Shown: one piece after another, positions 1-7,814 of the stretch
How positions within the stretch are numbered: the first letter of the stretch is position 1
Layout: the number at the start of each line of letters is the position of its first letter
Source: an uncultured Erysipelotrichaceae bacterium
GTDB taxonomy: Bacteria > Bacillota_I > Bacilli_A > RF39 > UBA660
Assembly (NCBI GenBank): GCA_902798815.1
Contig: CADBYH010000001.1
Span: forward strand, 69,554 to 133,553
DNA: 64,000 bases
Direction: 5' to 3'
Program-made: the position numbers and the translations under genes
The notes under the pieces: model-generated
What the model was told of the DNA's origin: nothing
Database searches by the model: none
What the model saw: the letters and a program-made list of their open reading frames with translations, nothing else

Positions 1-1276
1 CAAGTAGAGTAATTAAATGATTTCCATTATGTTTTCCTGTACCCATAGCACCATCATCAATAGTAATTAGTACTGACTTTTTAGGAAGATCTATCTTTCC
101 ATATATCCAATTAACAAATTCCTTCATAGTAAGAGTTTTATATCCATTATCTTTTAAATACTGTAAATGTTCTCTAAATTTGTTAACTTCTAGACATATT
201 GCTTCATCACATCTCTGACTATTAGGATCATAAAAGAAATGATAATTCAAAACTGCAATGCCAAAATCATTACTATTAATTTCTTCTTCAGATACATCTT
301 CACCATTTGCCATTTTTAAAATGTCATCAATAGAAGAATATGTTTTAATAACATATCTATTTAATTTATCTTTTTTATCCTTTGATGTAGACTTTTTATT
401 TGTATTTTGAAATTTAATATTATCTTTATCATTAATAATAGAAATATTTGCTTTATACTTATCATTTAGTAATTTAACTTCATCAGTCTCACTACCAGTA
501 GTTAAAAATACTGACTTTTCTTTTAATCTTATATAATCATTAATAAATGCAATATATTCATCTTTAGTGATTAAATTATATCCATTATTCTTTAATTCTA
601 TTATTTGTGTCTTAACATTTTCTATATCTAAGCAACCATTACCCTCACAATTGTTACCAATACCTTCATAATATAAAACACTAATATAATCTGTTGCTTT
701 ATCACTTGTATTATTTTTCTTAATAGTCTTTATTTTTTTATCTTTCTTAATACTAAATGTTTTATTCAAATATTTAACGTAATAGCTATCTTTATCCATA
801 TAAAGAATTTCTTTATTAATTCCATTAGTTAGGGTAATTACTTTCTTACCATTTCTATATAGATTTATCTTGTTATTTGACTTTATATTTTTATTAAAAA
901 CAATATAATTGTCATTAGAATCAATATCCGTTATTTTCTTAATCTTTTTTATATTTTTATATCCAATATAATTATCAGAATTTTTTACTTTTAAATACTT
1001 ATTCTTAATAGTAATATTTTTAATATCTTCTAATTCTATTTGAAGATCTTTATCAATATAACCAATTAGTTTTTTATTTTTATCATATAATTTAGTATTT
1101 CCTTTAGTAATAACGTATTTATTATAATTGTTCTTAATATTTTTAAGAATAATTTTATTGGAATTCTTAATTATTAAGAAAGATAAAACTCCACATATAA
1201 TCAATAAAATAACAATAATTAAAATAATAGATTTTTTATGTTTTACTTTAATTTTCTTTTTTCTTTTCTTTGTCAT
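1..1276 (-). CDS. membrane-anchored polysaccharide deacetylase (NodB fold), C-terminal part cut by window edge
   Basis: Absent from the ORF track because it runs off the window. Reverse-strand ATG at 1276-1274 follows a GAGGG SD. The N-terminus MTKKRKKKIKVKHKKSIILIIVILLIICGVLSFLII is a membrane anchor. Near the window edge the same frame reads ...IAVLNYHFFYDPNSQRCDEAICLEVNKFREHLQYLKDNGYKTLTMKEF...KKSVLITIDDGAMGT, which is the NodB TFDDG-type motif context. Confidence 0.6.
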   Translation of the reverse strand, partial: MTKKRKKKIKVKHKKSIILIIVILLIICGVLSFLIIKNSNKIILKNIKNNYNKYVITKGNTKLYDKNKKLIGYIDKDLQIELEDIKNITIKNKYLKVKNSDNYIGYKNIKKIKKITDIDSNDNYIVFNKNIKSNNKINLYRNGKKVITLTNGINKEILYMDKDSYYVKYLNKTFSIKKDKKIKTIKKNNTSDKATDYISVLYYEGIGNNCEGNGCLDIENVKTQIIELKNNGYNLITKDEYIAFINDYIRLKEKSVFLTTGSETDEVKLLNDKYKANISIINDKDNIKFQNTNKKSTSKDKKDKLNRYVIKTYSSIDDILKMANGEDVSEEEINSNDFGIAVLNYHFFYDPNSQRCDEAICLEVNKFREHLQYLKDNGYKTLTMKEFVNWIYGKIDLPKKSVLITIDDGAMGTGKHNGNHLITLL

Positions 1277-1386
1277 ATTAACCCTCACTAATATATATTT
1301 ATTCTCTCAAAGTAATTATAATATGTATTTTAAAAATTTAAAAGTAATTTTTTATGATATAATATGAGAGATTAGGAGTTGATTTT

Positions 1387-2604
1387 ATGACAACTATTGT
1401 AGTTGGTGGTGGAGCAAGCGGAGTAGTAGCAGCAATAAACGCTAAAACTAAGGATAATAAGGTTATTATTTTAGAAAGAAATAATACGCTTTTAAAGAAA
1501 TTATTATTAACTGGTAATGGTAGATGTAATTACTTTAATGAAAAATATAGTATTGATGATTACCATAGTGAAGATAAAAATATAGTAAACGAATTTATAA
1601 GTACAGAAAATATTGCCATAGCAAAAGATTTTTTTGATAAAATAGGAATCGTTCCAAAGATAAAGAATGGCTATTATTATCCATATTCAAATCAAGCATC
1701 TTCTATTAAAGATATTCTAGTTAATGAAGTAAATAGATTAAAAATAGAAGTAGTATATGATACTTATGTAACTGATATTAAAAAGAAAGATAAATTTATA
1801 ATCACAACTAATAAAAAAGAATATATATCAGATAATGTAATTATATCTACAGGGAGTTATGCATATCCAAAAACAGGTAGTGATGGAATAGGATATGAAA
1901 TATTAAAAAAACTAAGACATACAATAATTAAACCAGTACCAGCATTAGTTCAATTAGAATCAAATTCTAAATATCTTAAACAATGGGATGGAGTAAGAAG
2001 TGATGTTTATCTAGAATTATTTGAAGATGGAAAATATTTATCAAGTGAAGAAGGAGAAATTCAATTTACAAATTATGGATTAAGTGGAATATGTATTTTC
2101 AATCTAAGTCATTTTATAAGTAGAGGATTACTTGATAATAAAAAATATCTCATTAAAATTAACTTTGTTCCATTCATAAAAACACTAATCACTCCTTGGA
2201 TGGATAACTATTCTAAATTAAATCCTAATAAAGATATCTATGAATTATTAGAAGGGTTTCTAAATAAAAAATTGATTCCTATAATATTAAAGGAGTCAAA
2301 AATAAATAGTAATAGTAAATATAATGAATTAGCTAATGAAGAAAAAGTTAAATTATTTAATACTCTAAGACATTTTAAAGTAGAAATAACTTCTACTAAA
2401 GGATTTGATAATTCACAAGTTTGTAATGGTGGAGTAAAACTAGATGAAATAGATATTAAAACAATGGAATCAAGAAAAATAAAAGGTTTATATATAGTTG
2501 GAGAATTATTAGATATTACAGGTAATTGTGGAGGATATAATTTAACAGAGTGTTGGATTAGTTCTATTCTAGCAGGACAATCTATAAGGAGAAAAAATGA
2601 TTAG
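1387..2604 (+). CDS. HI0933/BaiN-family FAD flavoprotein
   Basis: N-terminal dinucleotide-binding VVGGGASGVVAA, an NGRCN motif, and C-terminal GELLDITGNCGGYNL typical of the HI0933-like family. SD TAGGAG lies upstream. Confidence 0.75.
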   Translation: MTTIVVGGGASGVVAAINAKTKDNKVIILERNNTLLKKLLLTGNGRCNYFNEKYSIDDYHSEDKNIVNEFISTENIAIAKDFFDKIGIVPKIKNGYYYPYSNQASSIKDILVNEVNRLKIEVVYDTYVTDIKKKDKFIITTNKKEYISDNVIISTGSYAYPKTGSDGIGYEILKKLRHTIIKPVPALVQLESNSKYLKQWDGVRSDVYLELFEDGKYLSSEEGEIQFTNYGLSGICIFNLSHFISRGLLDNKKYLIKINFVPFIKTLITPWMDNYSKLNPNKDIYELLEGFLNKKLIPIILKESKINSNSKYNELANEEKVKLFNTLRHFKVEITSTKGFDNSQVCNGGVKLDEIDIKTMESRKIKGLYIVGELLDITGNCGGYNLTECWISSILAGQSIRRKND

Positions 2605-4153
2605 AATAAGACAAGTAAAAATTCCGGTTAAAAAGGATTCTGAAGAATATATTAAAACTAAATTAAAAAAAATATTGAATATATCTAGTATAGTTAATTA
2701 TAAAATAATCAAAAAAAGCATTGATGCTAGAGATAAGAATAATATCTTATATGTTTATGAATTTGATATAGAAACTAAGGACGAAAACAAAATATTAAAA
2801 AATAAAGATGTATTTATATCTCCAAATACAAATTATGAATTTATAATTAATAAATCTAAAAAGTTTGATTCTAAACCAATTATAGTTGGTAGTGGTCCAG
2901 CAGGACTATTCTGTGCTTATATGTTAGCAACAGCAGGACTTAATCCAATCATTATTGAACGAGGAGAAAAAATCGAAGATCGAGTAAAAACAGTAGAAAA
3001 ATTCTTTGAAAAGAATATATTAAATCCTAATTCGAATATTCAATTTGGTGAAGGTGGAGCTGGAACATTCAGTGACGGTAAGTTAAATACTTTAACTAAA
3101 GATAAATTTAATCGTCATCAAAAAGTATTTGAAATATTTGTTGAAAATGGTGCTCCAGAAGAAATAATGTATTTAAATAAACCTCATATTGGGACAGATA
3201 TATTGAGAAATGTAATAATAAATATGAGAAATAAAATTATCTCATTAGGAGGAGAATTTAGATATAAATCTCAGGTAACAGACCTAATAATAGATAATAA
3301 TAAAATAAAAGGAGTAATTATAAACGATAATATTGAATTATTATCAGATATTGTTGTATTAGCAATAGGACATTCAGCAAGAGATACACTTTATATGTTA
3401 AATAATCACAATCTAAATATGAAACCTAAAAACTTTGCTATAGGAGTACGTATAGAACATCCAAGAGAAATGATTGATAAATCCCAATATAAAGATTTCT
3501 ATAAATTATTACCACCAGCAAGTTATAAACTAACATATCAAACAACAAAAGGAAGAAGTGTATATTCATTCTGTATGTGTCCAGGAGGATTTGTAGTAAA
3601 TGCATCATCTGAAGAGAATAAATTATGTATAAATGGAATGAGTAATTATAAAAGAAATGAAAATAATTCTAATAGTGCTTTAGTTGTAAATGTAAAAACA
3701 ACAGATTTTAATAATGAATTATTTGGAGGATTAGAATTACAAAGAGAATTAGAAGAAAAGGCATATAAACTAGGAAATGGATTTATTCCAATTCAAATAT
3801 ATAAAGACTTTAAAAATAATATAAAAACAACTAAATTGGGAGAAATCATTCCTAATACTAAAGGAAAATATACATTATCTAATTTAAATGATATTCTTCC
3901 AAATTATATTTCTGATTCTCTAAAAGAAGCTATACCAGAATTTGGTAAAAGAATAAAAGGTTTTGATCGAGAAGATGCAATTTTATTAGGAATAGAAACA
4001 CGCACAAGTTCACCAATAATAATTGAAAGAAATGAATATTTATGTTCATCTATAGAAGGATTATATCCATGTGGTGAAGGAGCAGGTTATGCTGGAGGAA
4101 TAACAACTTCAGCAATAGATGGAATAAAAGTAGCAGAGCAAATTGTAAAATAA
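2597..4153 (+). CDS. FAD-dependent dehydrogenase (COG2509-like)
   Basis: IIVGSGPAGLFCA Rossmann motif, GEGGAGTFSDGKL, and C-terminal PCGEGAGYAGGI. Start overlaps the upstream stop, with SD AAGGAG. Confidence 0.65.
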   Translation: MIRIRQVKIPVKKDSEEYIKTKLKKILNISSIVNYKIIKKSIDARDKNNILYVYEFDIETKDENKILKNKDVFISPNTNYEFIINKSKKFDSKPIIVGSGPAGLFCAYMLATAGLNPIIIERGEKIEDRVKTVEKFFEKNILNPNSNIQFGEGGAGTFSDGKLNTLTKDKFNRHQKVFEIFVENGAPEEIMYLNKPHIGTDILRNVIINMRNKIISLGGEFRYKSQVTDLIIDNNKIKGVIINDNIELLSDIVVLAIGHSARDTLYMLNNHNLNMKPKNFAIGVRIEHPREMIDKSQYKDFYKLLPPASYKLTYQTTKGRSVYSFCMCPGGFVVNASSEENKLCINGMSNYKRNENNSNSALVVNVKTTDFNNELFGGLELQRELEEKAYKLGNGFIPIQIYKDFKNNIKTTKLGEIIPNTKGKYTLSNLNDILPNYISDSLKEAIPEFGKRIKGFDREDAILLGIETRTSSPIIIERNEYLCSSIEGLYPCGEGAGYAGGITTSAIDGIKVAEQIVK

Positions 4154-4210
4154 GATTTGTCATATAAATACAAATGTGATACAATATACCACGCGTAAGG
4201 GGGAAAGTAT

Positions 4211-4738
4211 ATGGGAAAATATGTAGTAAAAAGAAAAGATGTATGTGCAGGTAAATTACAATTAACTGATAATTTATGTTTTGCTGTATATGATGAATTA
4301 GGATACGAATTAACAAGAGAAGAGTTACAAAAACAAGGATTTGACTTTGAATTAACAGGAACAATAGATTGTCGTGCTATGTTATTTAGATTAAATGAAG
4401 AAAAAATGTCTCAAGATTTAATATATGATACAAAAACACCATATCCAGTAGATGGAGTATCAAAAGAAAGTGATTCAAAATACAGTATAGAACAATATGT
4501 AGAATTAGATGAACTTTTAAAACTAATGAATTACAAAGAAGAATTAACTCAAGAAGATTTAAATGATATTTATAATAAATTAATAGCACATAGATTTTGG
4601 TTAAGAAGACACAAAAACTTATTTGGAGATAAACTTCCAATAGAAATGTATGAAAAATTAAGAGAAATTAATAAAAATGTAAGAGGAAGAGTATCAAAAA
4701 ATGAAGAAAATCATCAATTTATAAAAAGAATCAAATAG
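4211..4738 (+). CDS. hypothetical protein
   Basis: 175-aa ORF with a strong SD (AAGGGGGAA) and an upstream TTGTCA-17-TACAAT promoter-like sequence. A hairpin plus T-run follows. No motif recognised. Confidence 0.55.
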   Translation: MGKYVVKRKDVCAGKLQLTDNLCFAVYDELGYELTREELQKQGFDFELTGTIDCRAMLFRLNEEKMSQDLIYDTKTPYPVDGVSKESDSKYSIEQYVELDELLKLMNYKEELTQEDLNDIYNKLIAHRFWLRRHKNLFGDKLPIEMYEKLREINKNVRGRVSKNEENHQFIKRIK

Positions 4739-4859
4739 ATTCTTTTTTTTGTTCATGAAAACAATGATATCATTAACTATTAAGAAAAAATAAAACTATT
4801 CTTTAATTAGAATAATTTTTATGTTATAATTTATTTGCTATTTATAAGGAGATGATTTA

Positions 4860-5561
4860 ATGTACGATAATTATTTTTATTACAGTTACAGTTTCAATTA
4901 TTTATTAATTGCTTTAACGTTTGTTATAACTTTGGGAGCACAGTTTTATATAAATAGCAAATATAAAAGAACGAAAAAGATTGAAAATAAAAGAAATATA
5001 ACAGGATATGATGTTGCTAGGAAAATACTTGATAATAATGATTTAAAAAATGTCAAAATAGAAAAAACAGGCGGGTTATTAAGTGATCACTATGATCCAA
5101 GTAAGAAAGTAGTTAGATTATCAAGTGATATATATGATTCAACTTCAATAGCATCAATATCAGTAGCAGCACATGAATGTGGTCATGCAATTCAAGATAA
5201 AAACAACTATTTCTTTTTAAGATTTAGAAGTTTTATTCTTCCATTAGTAAATATAGCTTCATCTGCAGGATATATAGCAATATTGATTGGTTTATTTGCT
5301 GGGGCACTTGGTTTTATTAAAATAGGTATCGCAGCAGAATTAATAATTTTGCTATTTCAATTAATTACATTACCAGTAGAATTTAATGCATCAAGTAGAG
5401 GACTAAAACAAATAGAATTATTAAATATTGCAGATAAAGAAGAAAAAAGCAAATGTCGTGGTATGCTGACAGCAGCAGCTCTAACATATGTAGCAGCAGT
5501 GGCAACATCATTATTAGAAATTTTAAGATTAGTATTAATTCTTAATAGAAATAAGAGGTAA
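4860..5561 (+). CDS. YugP-like membrane zinc metallopeptidase
   Basis: HExxH motif (AAHECGHAIQD) flanked by hydrophobic segments, and the length is typical of the family. SD AAGGAG. Confidence 0.7.
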   Translation: MYDNYFYYSYSFNYLLIALTFVITLGAQFYINSKYKRTKKIENKRNITGYDVARKILDNNDLKNVKIEKTGGLLSDHYDPSKKVVRLSSDIYDSTSIASISVAAHECGHAIQDKNNYFFLRFRSFILPLVNIASSAGYIAILIGLFAGALGFIKIGIAAELIILLFQLITLPVEFNASSRGLKQIELLNIADKEEKSKCRGMLTAAALTYVAAVATSLLEILRLVLILNRNKR

Positions 5562-5563
5562 TT

Positions 5564-6469
5564 ATGTTAAAAGTAGTAGATAATATAGAATTAGCCAATT
5601 GCATTACTCATAATGGTTCAATGCATGCGGATGAAGTGTTTTCAAGTGCATTTTTAGAAATGTATTTAGGAGATGTAAAAGTCTTTAGAACAAGTAATAT
5701 TGATAATCTAAATATAGATGATAATATCTTAGTATATGATATTGGAAGAGGTAAATTTGATCATCATCAGCAAGATGCCTTAAAAAGAGATAATGATATT
5801 ATTTATTGTTCATTTGGATTATTATGGAAAGAATTTGGTAAAGATTTTTTAAAAAAATATGGAATAGAAGATATAGAACAAGTTTGGAAAGGCATTGATA
5901 AAGATCTTGTTGAGGGAATAGATGCCGATGATAATGGTCAATTTCCAAAAATAGAATCTAATTACAAAGTAAAAACTCTTCCTAATATAATTAAAATATT
6001 TAATCCAAGTTTAGAATCAGGAGAAGATGAATCAACTCAATTTGAAAAAGCATGTAAACTTGCAAAGTCAATATTAGAAGAAGAAATCTTATATATCAAT
6101 GGCAAAATAATTGCTGAGAATAAATTAAAAGAATATTTAGAAGATATCTCATTAGAAGATAAATTTGTTATATTGGATAAATATTTACCATATGAAGATA
6201 CTATTCTAAATGATGAAAAATATAATAATATTTTATTTGTTGCATATCCTTCAAATAGAGGAGGATACGCCATAAAAGTAGTTCCCAAAAGTGCAGAAGA
6301 AAAAACGGCTAGAATGTATTTTCCTGACCATTGGGCAGGTTTAGAAAAAGAAGAACTAGAAAAAGTGTCAGGAATAAAAGGATTAAAATTCTGTCATACT
6401 CAAAAATTTATAGTAAGTTGTGAAGATTTAGACACAGTATATAAAGTATTTGATACAATTTTAAAATAA
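5564..6469 (+). CDS. MYG1/UPF0160 family metal-dependent hydrolase
   Basis: N-terminal THNGSMHADEVFS and GRGKFDHHQ motifs are characteristic of MYG1-type proteins. Confidence 0.65.
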   Translation: MLKVVDNIELANCITHNGSMHADEVFSSAFLEMYLGDVKVFRTSNIDNLNIDDNILVYDIGRGKFDHHQQDALKRDNDIIYCSFGLLWKEFGKDFLKKYGIEDIEQVWKGIDKDLVEGIDADDNGQFPKIESNYKVKTLPNIIKIFNPSLESGEDESTQFEKACKLAKSILEEEILYINGKIIAENKLKEYLEDISLEDKFVILDKYLPYEDTILNDEKYNNILFVAYPSNRGGYAIKVVPKSAEEKTARMYFPDHWAGLEKEELEKVSGIKGLKFCHTQKFIVSCEDLDTVYKVFDTILK

Positions 6470-6498
6470 ATATTGTATAATTAATAAAGAGGTGCAGT

Positions 6499-7044
6499 AT
6501 GTATAAAAATAAATTAAGAAAAGAAATAATAAAAAATGTTATATATGTAGGAATAATACTATTAGTTGCATGTTTCTTTACATATAAAATATATAATAAA
6601 TTCCAAACTAATAGAGATGTTGATTATAATTCAGAATCATTAGATATTGTATATCATGATCAGGGAGATAAAATATCAATCACAAAACCAATACCAATGA
6701 CAGATTCTGTAGGTCTTTCAACTAATGGATATAGTATTAGTATTAAAAACAATTTAACTATAAACGCATATTATAAAATAATTATTGAAGATGACCCAGA
6801 ATATAGTGAATTAAATACTATTCCAAAAGAAGATATAAGAATTTCTATAAAAATCAATAAAAAAAATAACAAAATATATAACTATAATGAAATAGAAGAT
6901 GGATTAATATTAGAATCAGAATTAGAAGCATTAAAAAAAGATGATATTACTATTCGTATGTGGATTAATAAAGATAGTACATTACCAACAAATACTAATC
7001 TACAATATCATGGAATAATTAAGGTTTCAGAAGAAAAGGAATAG
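6499..7044 (+). CDS. hypothetical membrane-anchored protein
   Basis: 181-aa ORF with SD AAAGAGG. One N-terminal TM helix (VIYVGIILLVACFFTY) is followed by a beta-rich soluble part. Confidence 0.5.
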   Translation: MYKNKLRKEIIKNVIYVGIILLVACFFTYKIYNKFQTNRDVDYNSESLDIVYHDQGDKISITKPIPMTDSVGLSTNGYSISIKNNLTINAYYKIIIEDDPEYSELNTIPKEDIRISIKINKKNNKIYNYNEIEDGLILESELEALKKDDITIRMWINKDSTLPTNTNLQYHGIIKVSEEKE

Positions 7045-7048
7045 ATAT

Positions 7049-7516
7049 ATGGAAATTGATTTAAGTCTATTACATAGTAATAATTTAGACAATATTGATA
7101 TAACAGGAGAGTATGAATTACCTAAATTATATTATGAAAATAGTAATATTATTAAATTAGAAAAAGTAAAAGTAAATGGTACTATTGAAAGAAATGATGA
7201 TTTAACAGATAAAATAATATGTACTATAGAAGGTACAATGATTATACCTGATTCTATATCATTAGAGGAAATAAAATATGATTATAATATAGAATTTGAT
7301 GATATTATTGCAGATTCTATGAAAAAAAGTGAAAATATACTTGATATTTTTGAGTTTTTATGGGAAAATATTGTACTAGAGGTCCCCTTACAATTTACTA
7401 AGGTTGATGATCTCGGTAAATTTCATGGGGATGGATGGAAATTAATTAGCGAGGATGAACTAAAAGTCGCAAATAATCCATTTAGTGATTTATTAAAAGA
7501 TTTTGATAAGGAGTGA
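7049..7516 (+). CDS. yceD: YceD/DUF177 family protein
   Basis: Small acidic protein immediately upstream of rpmF, which is the conserved yceD-rpmF pairing. C-terminal ...CKEDC-like region is replaced by HGDGWKLISEDE. Confidence 0.6.
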   Translation: MEIDLSLLHSNNLDNIDITGEYELPKLYYENSNIIKLEKVKVNGTIERNDDLTDKIICTIEGTMIIPDSISLEEIKYDYNIEFDDIIADSMKKSENILDIFEFLWENIVLEVPLQFTKVDDLGKFHGDGWKLISEDELKVANNPFSDLLKDFDKE

Positions 7517-7522
7517 GATACT

Positions 7523-7732
7523 ATGATGAAATTAGATATTCAATTATTTGCTGTACCTTTCCGTAAAGTATCAAAGACAAGAAAAAGATTAAGAAGAAGT
7601 CATAATGCTTTAGAGGTTCCAGGAATGACTAAATGTCCTACTTGTGGGGAAATGATTAAACCTCATAGAGTTTGTCCTAAATGTGGAAGTTATAAAGGTA
7701 AAACAGAAGTTAGTAAGAAAGAAGCAGAATAA
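7523..7732 (+). CDS. rpmF: 50S ribosomal protein L32 with a 9-residue N-terminal extension
   Basis: [51 protein letters not shown] matches the canonical L32, including its CxxC...CxxC zinc ribbon. The ATG at 7523 lies 9 nt after SD AAGGAG, so the MMKLDIQLF extension is translated. Confidence 0.9.
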   Translation: MMKLDIQLFAVPFRKVSKTRKRLRRSHNALEVPGMTKCPTCGEMIKPHRVCPKCGSYKGKTEVSKKEAE

Positions 7733-7744
7733 TCTGCTTTTTTT
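7722..7744 (+). terminator. intrinsic terminator after rpmF
   Basis: AAGCAGA / TCTGCTT hairpin followed by a T-run. Confidence 0.6.
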
Positions 7745-7754
7745 ATTTGATTTA

Positions 7755-7783
7755 TTGATTTAATTATGAATATACTTTATAAT
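7755..7783 (+). promoter_or_regulatory. sigma-A type promoter for the first giant pilin gene
   Basis: TTGATT - 17 nt - TATAAT. Confidence 0.4.
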
Positions 7784-7814
7784 TACTATTATAAAATAGA
7801 AAGATAGTGATAAA

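Noticed and set aside
1128-1367. 79-aa + strand ORF at the left end, and the similar 52683..52913 ORF.
   Set aside because: The first overlaps the 5' end and promoter of the minus-strand deacetylase gene. The second spans the folA 3' end, its terminator and the next gene's start. Both have hydrophobic low-complexity translations and no SD.
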